From Hemiscyllium ocellatum (lineage: Eukaryota), in the NCBI RefSeq assembly GCF_020745735.1, contig NC_083409.1, positions 93,950,048 to 94,014,047 on the forward strand: a stretch of DNA of 64,000 nt, read 5' to 3'. Of the stretch, positions 37,938 through 51,500 are shown piece after piece. The notes below the pieces were generated by a model, which was given only the letters and a program-made list of their open reading frames with translations, was not told the DNA's origin and ran no database searches. A program made the position numbers and the translations under genes. Within the stretch, counting starts at the first letter, position 1; every line of letters begins with the position of its first letter.

Positions 37938-39540
37938 GAGCAAATTACCGCAGATGCTGGAATCTGTACTAAGAACCAATGCTAGAGATCTTAATGGGTC
38001 AGACCGCATCCATGAAGAGAGAGCAAACTAATGTTCCGAGTCTATAGAGTTGAAGTGAAGTGTGGAGGGGACAGCATTTATGTAATAGTTTGGGATGAGG
38101 TTGTGGATGGGAAGTGGGTGTAGGGTGCTGGTGGAGAAAAGATGTTGGTGGCTCAGATTAAGTGATTGGAATGTGAGAATGGCAGAACAATGGTGTGTCT
38201 AACTGCCAGACTTGAAAGGGCAATAAATGAAATGGGAGTAAGGGAGAACATAATAACAAGCTAAAAGGAGAAGAAATGGTTCACAATGTAAAGGTGTTGA
38301 ACTCAATATTAAGTGCAGAAGGGTGTAAAATGCCTAACCTGAAAAAGAGATGCTGTTCCTCCAGTTTGCACTGTGACTCAGTGGACAACTACAGCATGCA
38401 GATGACAGACAAGTGGGCATGTGAGCAAGACACTGGGTTAAAATGACCATCTACAGGAAGGTCAGGGCCCTGCATGTGCACAGACCAGAGCTGTTCCGCA
38501 AGGCATTTACCCAGTTTGCGTTTGGCTTCTCCAATGTAGATTGGGCCACATTGGGTGCAGCAAATTCAACAAACAAGATTGGAGGAGACAGGTGAAATGC
38601 TACTTCAGCTGGAAAGACAGTTTAGGCTCTTGGATGGTGACCAGGGAGGAGGTGAAGAGGCAGGTATTGCACCTTCTGTGATTACATGGGGAGGGGGATG
38701 GTGTTGGTGTTTGTGAAATGGACTAGGGTGTCCCAGAGGGAATGATCCCTGTGAAATACAGATGGGGGAGTGAGGGGCAAGAAGTGTTTGGTGGTGGCAT
38801 TCTGCTGGAGTTGTCTGAAATAGTGGAAATGGTCTTTTGAATGCAGATTCTGGGGGGATGAAAGGTGAGGACAAAGAGAACACAATCACATTGTTGTAAA
38901 CCCAACATGCTGTGTCCAGTTTTGGCCCCACACCTTAGGAAGGACATATTGGCACTGGAGCATGTCCAGTGGAGATTCACACAGATGATCCTTGGAATGG
39001 TAGGCCTAGCATATGATGAATGGCTGAGGATCCTGGGATTGTATTCATTAGAGTTCAGAAGATTGAGGGGCAATCTAATAAAACCTTACAAGGTAATGCA
39101 TGGCTTAGAAAGGGTGGATGCTGGGAAATTGTTTCCGTCTGGCGGGGATACTAGGACCAATGGGCACAGCCTTAGAATTAGTGGGGGTCAATTTAACATG
39201 GAAATGAGGGGACATTTCTTCAGTCAGAGAGTGGTGGGCCTGTGCAATTCACTACCATGGAGCACAGTGGAGGCCGGGACATTAAATGTCTTCAAGGCAG
39301 AGATTGATAAATTCTTAATCTTGCAAGGAATTAAGGAATAATGGGGAGAATGCGGGTAAGTGGAGTTGAAATGTCCATTAGTCATGATTGAATGGCGGAG
39401 TGGTCTCGATGGCCCAAATGGCCTTACTTCCACTCCATTTCTTATGGTCTTAAATGATGGGAAGGGGCAAGGGTGGACGCTCGATGACAGGTAGGATGCG
39501 GTTGAGGGCTCTGTCAACCAGTGGGTGGGAAACCATGTTA
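37938..39540 (-). mobile_element. Older Penelope-like element fragment (GIY-YIG), interrupted by a CR1
   Basis: Minus strand 'ICCTQCGPIYIGEAKRKLG' at ~38510-38565; ORF 38682-38885 'HFRQLQQNATTKH..FHRDHSLWDTLVH'; ccagcatctgcggtaatttgctc-type terminus. Confidence 0.8.
38905..39449 (+). mobile_element. CR1 3' fragment nested in the PLE
   Basis: ORF 38865-39341 CR1 C-terminus; same subfamily tail as 23944. Confidence 0.9.
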
Positions 39541-40158
39541 CACGATCACAAGGTCTGAAGTTTTAATCTGCTACTTGTGACTCACTTGCCTTATGCAATA
39601 ACTCTGGAGTCTTTCAAAGACCACTTTCAAGGTTTGGCTGCTTCCCTGGTGCTCAGAACCAGAAATGACTAATGAGAACACTACATGAGTTCCAAATGAC
39701 AACTTTTAATTTGGGACACAATAGCTGTTCATTTATTTTGCTGATTGTAGCTTCTCAATGTCCAAGATCACAAATGTTAAGTCTATAATTCCCAGATCTC
39801 TAAGTTCAAAAACATTAATTGGATATGAGTGTGCCTCAAATTTCCCTGATGTGTGAGATCTCACAAGCCTGCTTTAATTTTTATCTTACATATTGTGTCT
39901 ATGTATTAATTTTGGTGATATTTACTTCCTCAACTTTGTTTGCCTCACTTCCCAACCTTCCTTGCTTTACCTGAAACTCTGATAAATTTGCATTATATCT
40001 CTGAACTGATGTATACAGGTATTTGCTGCTTTTTGAAAGTTCAGTTTTCGCCACTTTGCTTTTACGAAAGATGTGCGTTAGTACCTGTTTTTGCTAACCA
40101 AAAGAATTCCAAAGAGGATTTTCACTTTTATAAGCAAAGGCACAATATAAATTAATTA

Positions 40159-40389
40159 GAGTTTGCACATTCTCCCTGTGTCTGCGTGGGTTTCCTCCGG
40201 GTGCTCCGGTTTCCTCACATAGTCCAAAGATGTGCAGGTCAGGTGAAATAACCATGTTAAATTGCCTATAGTGTTAGGTGCATTAGTCAGAGGGAAATGG
40301 GTCAGGACGGGTTATTCTTTGGAGGGTCAGTGTGGACTTGTTGGGCTGAAGGGCCTGTTTCCTCATTGTAGAGAATCTAATCATCTAAT
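40159..40389 (+). mobile_element. 5'-truncated HE1-type V-SINE
   Basis: Starts inside the V-domain; gaatctaatcatcta tail. Confidence 0.85.
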
Positions 40390-41029
40390 GGCAATTGCTT
40401 CTTCGCTTTACGCCATTTCAGTTTATGAAAGTTTTCATAGGAACATTCTCCTTTCGGGTAGCAGGGAAATTCCTTTGATTTATTGCAGCTTGGTTACTGA
40501 TTTAGAAAGTGCTGAAGTCGAAATAGCTTATAGGCCCAAGACGGTCCAAACCTTAAAGAGGTATAACTGTTAAATGCTGAACCACAAACAGAGCTGTGTT
40601 TATGTAAAATCCACATCTTATGTGAATCAACCTCTCTGGTGTCACTAACACAGCAACTTGCATTTATTTAGCACCTTTTGCACAGAACAAGGCCCTTAAA
40701 GTATTTCATAGATGCACAGTTTGGCAAGAATGGATACTGAGACAAAGGAAGAGATACCATGAGAGATGACTCAAAACTTGTTCAAAGAGATGAGTTTTAA
40801 TTAGGAAATGTGGTAGTGAAGAGGGATATATGGTACAGTGACACACACAGTCTCTTTTACCAATCACATCACAGAAACAAAGACATTGACTCATTCTCTC
40901 AATAATTAGGATATTAGATTCTAGTGATTGGTATCCCAGCTGGTCCTTTTTATCAACCAGATGCCAAAACCAATTGCCGATCAGAATGACAGAACCACAT
41001 TACCAGAGACAGAGAAAGACGGTGCCATA

Positions 41030-41330
41030 GAGGAAACATCATTAGATCTAGTAATCCAGAGATCCACACTAAAGCTCTTTAGCCACAGGTTCAATTCCCA
41101 GTTGAGCTGGTGGAATTTAAATTCAATTAATTAAAGAACTGGTTCCAAACCATGACATCTATGAAATCAGTTGTCATTAAAATAAAAACACCTGGTCCTT
41201 CAAAGAAAGGAATTCTGCTGTCTTTACCCAGTCAAGTGTATATGTGACTTCAGGCCTGTGCCAGGGTGGCTGCCTCTTATCTGCTCTCTGAAATTGTCTT
41301 GTCACCCATTTGTACAAGGGCAATGACTGA
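41030..41330 (+). mobile_element. Old copy of the second tRNA-SINE family
   Basis: ctagtaatccagaga..ggttcaattccca..ggtggaatttaaattcaat..tgtgacttcag. Confidence 0.6.
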
Positions 41331-44300
41331 AACTGCAAGGAGAGGAAAACTAAATCACTATAGTATCTATTCTATTTGCAGTAGAATCCTTTGGATACAA
41401 ATTGACTATTAGTAGTCACCTTTATACCCACTGGACTCCTACTAAACACTGCTACGCTGAAAGTGATCACCTTTGCCTCAAAATGCCACAATAGTTAGAA
41501 TTCAATTTTATGTCAGCTGTAAAGGACATGAACCCCAACAATGAAATTGTACCTCAGAAGTTAGCTATCTTAGATTATCCCATTTTAACGATGGAGCATC
41601 TGGATAGATTATTTCCTTTCACAATCTTGGGATTGTCAAAAGAACAGGGTAGAAGAGATTATCTACTCACTGACTGGGTTTCCAAACAGTTATAGGATTC
41701 CACTGGCTACCAGCACACCTTACACGACAAAGGCACACTCTCCTTTAACTGGGCCATCAGTTGGGCATCTGTCCAAATGCTTCCGGCAAATTTACATGTC
41801 TGACATTTAACAGCCATCATAAAAACAACTGACTGGACCTTGCAGCTTGACACCCCAGTCATTAGCTATTGCTTACCTGTAGCTAAAAATATTATTTGCT
41901 ACATTGCAGACAGTAATTGGTCATTACATTATTACCTTTCTACCCCCTACCAACACAACATAACGTAACAGTCAGTGATAAGAAGGCAGTTTCTCATGCT
42001 AAGTGATGTTACAGTCAAATCTCAGATAAATGAATGTACTCTCCTCCAGTCACGTACAAATAATCCTTGGCCACAAACTTTGAATTGAACAATTAGTGTA
42101 GAATCATTACACAGACCTGAACCTGCTTGGTACAAACCTTGCTTTAACACGCCTACACTTCAGTACAACAATACCTTGTTTCTAAAATACAAACACCATT
42201 TCTCTACACAGAAGATGGAGAAATTGAACTCATCCCTTTATTTGCTGTCTGCTTCTCCACGCTTCAGATCACAAGATGTATAAGTTATATGCAGATTGAT
42301 CTGCATATGATTTATAGTTTTAAGATGAACTCAAAGCAAGTTGAGAATCTGGGAACAAAATAACTAAAACTAATACAGAAATTAGTTTGACAATGAAAAA
42401 TGCATAAGTTGTTCAAGATCCTGTCACCTGCACATAAATCATTTCTTACTATAGGCTGTTTCTTCATTATCTTTTAATGTAATACAATAGCAATAATTGT
42501 GAAAGGTTTTGATTAAACTGAGTTGCAGATATCTTTCTCTGGTGATTGGTAATTTTCAATGGAGTGTTAAACACTCACCTCTTTAACAGGATTCAAATAG
42601 TAAGAATCAACTGAGTGTGCATTAATATGACTGCAATGTCAGTTTTGAGTTCAAATTGATGCTAATCTTTGAGTAACGCAGGTTCAGTTGGATATGCTAA
42701 AGCAAAACCGAATAAAATGCCTTCCTATGAAGGTGTTTTATTCCAATTTACTCCAGTATTGGATCAGATGCTGATTCCACATTCAGGCTGCATTCCCACA
42801 GAACAGCATTACTGGGATGAAGCAAAATTGATTAGCACTCCGTCTGTCGTCACACACCTAATGCACCCCAACATCAAAAGTGAAATACTGTGGATGCCAT
42901 ACATTTGAAATAAAGAAAGAAAAATCCTGGAAATACTCAACAGGTCTGGAAGAATCTGTAAAGGCAGAAATGAAAAGTATTTTCCATTCTCTTAAGCAGG
43001 GGGAGCAATGGGAAAATGGAAAAAAAAATCAGATTCTCACATCAGGAAAAGGTTTCTGATTTTCCCCTTAAGGTTTAAAGTGTAACTTTAGAGTGTTGCC
43101 AATCAACAGCGATTACCTTAATTCTATGCATTTGCATCTTGTTATGAGTTAACTTCTTCTCCTATCTGTGCAGCTCTCAATTCTTCTCTCGTTATCTGAG
43201 AAACGAGATTATGCCATTTCCTGACATGAAAGTCAGAGATTAAATGTTGGCATCAGCTCATCACTTGCTTTTCTGGTGGGCCTTCAGGCAACTCTGTTTT
43301 CATCAGGACACTCCTGGATGCTCCTCTTCCATCCTTCATCCACACATCGCTAAACCACCAGCCTCGCCACATCATCAAAACTGCTTTTGAGCTACATCAT
43401 ACACCACTAGAACCTTTCAGCACTATAGGGACACCTATAACTTGAACGTGCTTCTTTACAACTTATAACATGCTTCTGCCACATCACTTTGCCTGCATGC
43501 ACACATGCACCTATGCAAGATGGGTCAGAGCTTACTTTTTATTCCTGGTGCTCACTTACTTTGCTACATGGATTTAACCGACTACTATGGCTTGCATAGC
43601 CTCTTCTGTGCCAACTGATGCTGCCAGCCTCTGTTGCTTGCCAATCTCTTCAGAGGTAAGGGAGAGACAGATATCTTGTCATGGTTTGGAGCACTGAACA
43701 GTCAAAGTGGCGGGCATGTTGCTGCATAGCATTATGGCATTGTCAGTTGTCAAACCTACAACATACACGGGCAGCATACGAGACAAACACAATGCATCTA
43801 TTTCAACCAAATGTCTTAAAATCAAATGGGACCAGTTTTTCATGGATCATCAGAGCTTATGCTCAGACAAAGGGTAAGGTCACAGCCAGTCAAGGAGCTG
43901 GGCCAATTCTGGTCCAAGGGATTGGCCACAATCTGTCAGGTTTATGGACAAACAAGCATCCAGGGATCTGGATTCTTGTGTTCGGGGGATTGGAACAGTC
44001 AGCCCTGCAAGTCACTGTAGTCAGTCAGGGGATTATAGATGGGTCAGATGGAGTGCTTTTCAGATATGAGTCCAAAGATTGAAACAAAGAGAGAGATTGA
44101 GTATGATGAAAGGGAATGAAAGAGCAGTCACTGGCAGGTGCAGGAGACTTAAAGGAGTGTCCCCAGTGAGTAGGTGGGAAATGCAGAGGACCCAAAGGGT
44201 TCATAGTGTGGAAAAATGAGATGGGTGAGATGGCTGTTCAGCAGACATTGTATCCAATAACTAGAGCTATAGTCCATGAGGTTTGGTGAGAGGCATGTGC

Positions 44301-44365
44301 AGTGGCAGAGTTTGAGTAGCAGTCCAGTGAGTTTGGGGTAGTGAAGAGAAAATTATGGCACTTAC

Positions 44366-44580
44366 CTTTACAGAGCACTGAAGACCATCTTCCTGCAGCT
44401 GAGCATTTCTGTTAACCCTGGCCCCAGATGATTATCTCAGTTCAGCCTCTCTGAGCCTGGTGCCATAGATTCCTTTGCCTGTCAGGACGACGAAGATTTG
44501 TCCTCTCCTCCACCAGACCTTCACCAACATCTCAAAGTGCCTGTGTGTAAAGCAGGTATCTCACTTGCTTTCAGAGCCAT
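44366..44580 (-). pseudogene. Possible decayed Myb/SANT-like first exon of a Harbinger-type transposon
   Basis: ATG at 44580; frameshifted 'CFTHRHFEMLVKVWWRRGQIF...QLQED' resembles the RFS.(D/E)LE.LV..V..R..IL...QCRK pattern; ends at an AAG|GTAAGT donor. Confidence 0.35.
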
Positions 44581-46149
44581 TTCCTCAGTGTTAATGCTGG
44601 AATGCCACTGAGTGAAGGCCAGTCACTGGCTCTCAGTGCATGAAATGGTACACAGCTAAGGCCAGTGTATGAACATTGCAAAGTCCCAGCAGCAGTGAGC
44701 ACTTCAACCTCTCCTGCTGCACAATTCCATGACACAGTGCCATGGAGGCCATTTGTATTATTATTAATGAGGCGAAGAACAAAAGGTGGCAATTGAAAAG
44801 TCAATATGGGCAAAGGTGGGCCAGTTGTCATGCATCTCACTCGAAAAAGCACTTTTCCAAGAACCACTCCACAGAATTTAATGTAAGGTAGGGGATGTGG
44901 ATCCCAGTGGGCATTCCCTTCTCAATACCAGGTTCTCTCGATCGACCACTGAGTGCCTTTGAACAAGAAAAAGCCTAGAAGACCATAAGCAAACCCAAAG
45001 TGGATTGCCTCTTGCACTCCCCTTAGGGAGTACCCCATACCCAATGCTGAATAAATATCGGCAGACATTTGTTGTTTTTCACTGTGTCTCACACCTGCAC
45101 ACGCACAACTTGGGTGCTGGGGAAAATATAAGCATTACCACAGTTCGGTGGTAGTGTGGGGGTAAAGAATGAAAATGAAGTTTAAAAAATGACCAGGAGA
45201 TTCAAAGTCTCCTCAGTTAAAAACAATAAATAAATACTAGCAGATAGCAGGATGATGCCCTTAAGGTGGGCAATAATTTTCCATATTAGGAGTCTCAGTT
45301 GGTAGCAAGGCAGGATGGGCATCCACATCCTTCCGGCCATGGACTTAAGTCAAAAGCAGAGATGGGGAGGCAACATGGTATCAAATTCCACCCATGAACG
45401 CTGTTTTCATCAGATCCGATGAATGTTTCCAAGATTTTCTGTTTTTTTATTGCACGCTAACTCCATCGGGTAAGTCCAATTGGTTTTGTTGGCTTCACGT
45501 TTGAGTTTGTGTCTACATTTCAGAAAAAAAAACTTGGTATAGCTTTGAACAGTTCAGGTTGTGTTGTCACTGTCGAAGGTATTTTTAAAAATGACAAAAT
45601 GGATTCAGAATGACATGAGCACCTGCCCATCACTGCATTCAACCTCCACTTTACTTGTTACCAATGGAATTAATTTGACATTTGCTGTTACTTAACTGAT
45701 AGCCTGGGGTCAAGCAGCAATTTAGCCCAGGGATAGCTGGCCTGGTCTTCCTAATATAAATCAAACAATTTCAGAGTATATTGGATAGCCACAATACTAC
45801 AAGGTCAAAACCTGAAATAATAAAACTCTACAAACATAACTTTGGGTAACTGAGCTACAATTATACCTCAGTTAAGAACATTTAACCAATATCAACTGTC
45901 CAACCTCTGGAAAAGGTTGGATCAACCATATATATACCAATTTATTCATGTGAATTTTATGCTGTCTAACAAGGTCATTAAGGATGACAAGGTTCTATTC
46001 TTCTGATATTGACTGCGAGCAAATAATTATGGTGAAAACCAATACAGCACAGTCACTCTTCACTGGAACAAATGGCTGTTCACAGTAACAATAATGAATC
46101 CAATTTCCACATTTCGCTCACATTCGCCCAACCTCAGCTTTCATAACAA

Positions 46150-46310
46150 CGAATTCCCTCCCTAAGGGCATTGTGGGACAACATAACAGCATGTGGACAG
46201 CCGTGGTTCATGAAGGCAGCTCAACACCACCTTCACAAGGGCAACTAAGAAGAGGCAACAGAAAATGCTGGTGGACCAGCAATGCCCACATCCCATAAGT
46301 GAATTCAAAG
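46150..46310 (+). mobile_element. LINE 3' end (second family)
   Basis: gaattccctccctaagggcattgtggg..gcagctcaacaccacctt..gcccacatcccat. Confidence 0.75.
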
Positions 46311-48507
46311 TCAATGACTGTGCACAAAGAACGTGAGTGGCCTGTTCTTCCGCCTCAGCCTGCATGCACTAACAGTGGACAATGAGAACAAGGCTCAAGT
46401 TTCCCCTGAGACATGGGTGCCAACACTAATTATGCACCATTCGAATTCATCCTTGCATCGACCAGTGAAGTGCATTTGGAACTTTCATATTCCTGTCCCT
46501 GATAACACTAGAGATTGGAGCTGTTCTAATTCAGTGTTCAGTCATGTGAGAAGCAGCCAGTTCAGCTAGATTCATTGCTTTAAGGCCAAAGAGTGAACAT
46601 TGATATGGGTGATGACACATTCTGAATTACATCCACCTGTAATTCATATCAGAAGCTTTAAATTCCTTGCCTGGTCAGGCTGACATGCCTGGAACACTTA
46701 CACTTCTTTACAGGCAATTAGTGAAGTAAAGTCTCTGTTAGTCCAGCTAATAATAAAGTAAAAAGCCCGCAGTCGGGTTTGGATAGGTACCTGCGCACTT
46801 ATATTCTCAGTTGGTGCTGTTTAAACAAATCAAGACCTAGTTTGATTAAGGCCATTGATTTTTCTTCATTTGTTGGGATAACAATTTTGTAAAAAATGTA
46901 ATTAACACCATTCAGCCCCATAATTATCTCAAAATTAGTCTGGTCTGAGTAAGATGTGAGGGGTGGCGTTTGTACCAGTGGAAGGGATGGAAAGCAAAGT
47001 ACAAATTATTACAAAATTTTATAAATAAACATATCAAAATATTATTGCAAGAACGCAAAGTATTTGAACACCAAGGCACTGAAACGGCATCTTACTCAGA
47101 TTGAAACCAAAGAACGAAGAACATAAAAGTCACATGGCACCAAAAGAATTTGAAGTAGTTCTTGAAATTGGATTTTGGCAAAATAAAGCAACATATGGTT
47201 TGCAACATTTGGGAAATGCATTTTCCAGTAAATACTAACATTCACTTTTTAAAGTTAAGATAGTATACTAACAGATTAAAGTATTAAACTATATTAGTTT
47301 TCATTAGTCAACTGAAAGCAACCTCTTTTTTTCATTGAAATGCAGAGCGCTAAATTGAGGTGATGAGAATTAAGGTAAACATGTCTATTAACAAAAATGG
47401 ACCGCTTCCAGATTGGCATCCAGCCACACAAACTACCACTCAGCATATCCAATAAGCATGTACCTACAATGGTTAGTGACTCTCATATTCTGCTGAAGTG
47501 GAAATAGTGATGAAATGGTTCCAGCACAAGATTAAAATGTGTCAAATGTAACTGATTTTTAATTACTGTACACATCTAAATATAGATGCGCTCTATACCA
47601 GCAGAAAGAGCCAGATGGATAGCTGCATCTCTGCCTCCTTCAGTATAACAAATGACAGAGTAGAATGGCAAATTGATATTAATCTCTGTCTGTTTTCTAT
47701 GCATCTGGATAATCAAAACTGGTTCCATGTGCACATCATTTGTCATGTCCTGTGACTAGCCTAAAATAATTATACTTTGTTTTAACAACATGGAATAACT
47801 TAATCTCTTTTTGAATTGTAACCCTTCAAGAACTATCTCACTGTTTGCTTTCAGAGGGAAAACAAAGCCTGTTTTCTGTCACACACTTTAAAGCAAAAAG
47901 ATTTTTTTTTTGAAATCTGAAAAATGCAGAACTTGTGATAACCAAGTGTCATGCCTTTGCAACATGTGCTGAATTGTAAAGGGTGGGATGGCACAGCATT
48001 GTTGTGGTATCAGCAATATCAACGTTGGTAACTTAGTCTTCTCAGCATCAGTTCATCCACATCTATTGCGCTACAAAGTGCATATTGGATAAATCAGCAT
48101 GCAGGGTGCAGATTATAAAAATATACAGGCCTTGAATAAATAAAACCACTTATTAGCACCTGATCCCCTAGGTGTCCATCACTGATATTTGTGCACCATG
48201 ACTTAAAATGTACACTCTGACAAGTGCAAATGGAAATAGATTCTGCACATTCAATGATCTATTTTTATCTTAGAATGCCAAGGAAACACTGTTTTGCTTC
48301 TATGTATATCTATGTACGTATTCCATATATATTTCTTATCCATTAATGTGTGTTCAGTAGTTTGTTGATATTGGAAAAAGAAGGGTAAATATCAAAAGAA
48401 GATCTTTGTAGCTCCTAGCCCAACATTGTTCACAGATTCACAGAGGGTTACAGCATAGAAGGGAGGCATTCAGCCCATTGTGCCTGTCCTGGCTGTCTGA
48501 GCATTTT

Positions 48508-51500
48508 TTAATAAATATTTTTATTAAAAACTTCTTCAAATCTTTTACAAAAGCAACTATGTATGTTTAAAAAACCAGAATACAAAAGATAGAGGGAGTA
48601 CAACAGTGTCGTATCGCAATATCATTAATAATGAACTACCTACTATTCTACCAGAACAAAAGTATCTACTTAACTGAAACTAAACTACCATCAAATTAAA
48701 TATAAGTTAAATTAAGTTAAATTCAAATTAAATTAAAATACACCACATTACTTTATTCTATTTCACTCACCACACCTCACCTGAAGCTCCCACCGCTAGG
48801 TGCACCAAACATTGTACCCGCATTTTCCCAGCTTCCCCATCCCAGGGTCCCACAGGCCACCCAATCCAACTCCCACAGCTATAGCACAGCCCTGGTTAAT
48901 ATTGCCGACAAGTCTGCATTTATATAATTTAGAAAGGGCCGCCATGTCTTATAAAACTGCTCCGTTTTTTTGGTGCACCAAATTTGTAAGTTAGTCTTGG
49001 GAGAGATGCTCCGTCACCAGCCTGCACCATCCCATAAGACCTGGGTGTTTTTCTGATGTCCAATTCATTAAAAAGTTCTTCCTTGCACAGTGGATAAGAA
49101 TGTTACAGTCTCTTCCCGTGTTCTCCCAGAGAGATCAAGTTTGGCAATCCCAGAAGAAGAAATATCAGATCTACTTTGACTTCAATTCCCCGGATTTCCT
49201 TCGGGTCCCTTACTCGGCCATTCCAGTATCTCCCGATCTTGTAACATGACCAAAAGCAGTGAGTAAGAGTGCCGATACTAATTTTACATTTGGCACGTGC
49301 TGGAGATGCTCCTGTCTTGAACTTAGCTAACCTCTCTGGCGCCATATGAGCTCTGTGTAAAATCTTCAATTGCATGGAGTTACATATTGAGATTTTCTTT
49401 GCTTTTCCCATATAATTTCCAATGTTTTCAATGAAATACACTCTCCTAGTTCCCGATTCCAAATTCTACCAAGTCTCTCCACATGTCGTAAGGCATATCC
49501 TTTCTGTAAACGATACAGATACTAACCGAAAGAGCGCCCATGCACTGGAGCGTTCTTTTCCCCACGTCTGACTTGTAAGGCTGAGCCAGGAGCGTGGTCC
49601 TCCTCTGTATATAATCCCTGATCTGAAAGTACCAGAAAAGGTCTCAATTAGACAATCCATATTTCTGATTTAGTTGGCTAAATTACAAGAAGACGTCCCC
49701 CTCAAATAAATCTCCCCAACAAGAGATTCCCTAATGCTCCCATACCTTAAAGCCAGAATCCATTGCCCCAGGTTTAAATCCTGGGGCTCCCGCAAATGGA
49801 GTAAACGGCAAGGTCTTAAGCCAATTGCTCTCAACTTGCCTCATCATCGTCCAAGCTTTCACCGTATTTAAAATGACTGGGCTCTTACATTGCTCAGTCA
49901 CGAATTTCATCTTATCCATGAGTAATAGATTAACGAGGGGACATCTCGATTGTGAGGCTTCAACATCAATCCGAATCCCCCCATACCCATGTATGCTAAC
50001 AAGGCACTTACTTGATACCTCTTCAAGTCCGAAAATCCTCCACCCCCCCCCCTTACGACATCATATAAAAGACCCCAGCCAACCACTGAGCCTCCGTAAC
50101 ACCCGCCTGAGTAGCAACAATGGGAGCATTCTCATAGGGTACAACAGGCGAGGAAGAACATTCATTTTAATCAGGGCTATTCAGCCTAACCATGATAGCG
50201 GTCATCCCTCCCACCGCTGCAATCCTGTTTTAACCTCTCCAGTAATTGTGCAGAGTTAGCTTTATCCAGCTGGTGGAAGGCAGGGTGATAAAAATTCCCA
50301 ACTATAAAAAACCTTTTGACAACCATCTAAATGGGAGCTGCAGTCCATCATTCAGATCAGGCATCTCCACTAATCCTCCCGCCGGCATGGCTTCTGATTT
50401 TGTAAAGTTGATCCTGTCGCCTGAAAAACTGCCAAATAAATTAATGTTTTCTATCAATCGGAACAGATTTCTCTGGATTGGCCAAGAACAAAAGGACATT
50501 GTCAGTGTACCGAGCGATCTTACGCTCCCCCATTCCCATCCTTGCTGCCACTATTTCAGGATCCCTTCTGATAGCCTCAGCTAACAGCTCAATTACCAAG
50601 GTAAATAACAGCGGTGAGAGAGGACATTCTTAGCAGCTACCTCTCCCAATACTAAAGTTATCTGACTTAGTGCAGTTTGTGATGACTGCTGCCTTAGGAT
50701 CATTATACAACACAACCGCCCATCTAGCAAAAGCTCTCCCTACACCAATGCACTCTAGGACCCCAAACAGATACAGCCATTCTACTCAGTCAAATGCCTT
50801 TTCCACGTCTAGGGAGACCACCAAATCCGGGACCAATCTTTGCTGGCGTACCTGCACTATGTTCAGTACCCTCCTGATATTGTTGGAGAAGCTATAACTT
50901 TGATAAAACCTAACTGATCTTCTTTTATAATATTGGGCAATAGCTTTCCCAACCACAGGGTCAGATCCTTTGACAGAATTTTAAACTGTTCTGTATGAGG
51001 CACATTTTTCAGGGTCTTATCCCTTCTTTAAAATTAAGGAGATATCAGCCTCCCTTAGAGAGGGTGGAAGACAATTCTTCATATATGAATGAGTTTACAT
51101 CCCCGAAGTGGCTCCATCAGCACATTTATGAACTTCTCATAGAATTTACTTGGGAATCTATCTGGTCCCAGTGTTTTGCCATCCTAGAGATGCTTTACTG
51201 CTTCCTGCACCTCCTGTACCATCATAGGCACATTTAACAGAGAAACCTGTTCCACGTTTATACTGGGGAGGTCCAGGTTCTCAGAAAAGGACTGCATTCT
51301 CATTGCACCATGTTCATCTCCCTCTGACCGGTATAACTCTGCAAAGTATTCCCAAAATCTAGCGGTGATCTTCTTCAACTCACGGGTAACTGTGCCAGCC
51401 CCCTTTCTGATAGTTATAATGGATTGGGAAGCATTTTTCTTTCTAGCCAGGTATGCCAGATATCTACCTGGCTTATCTCCAAATTCAAACAACCTTTGTT

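Noticed and set aside
42200-42290. Acceptor-like tttctctacacag followed by a short open frame
   Set aside because: Weak donor and unrecognised peptide
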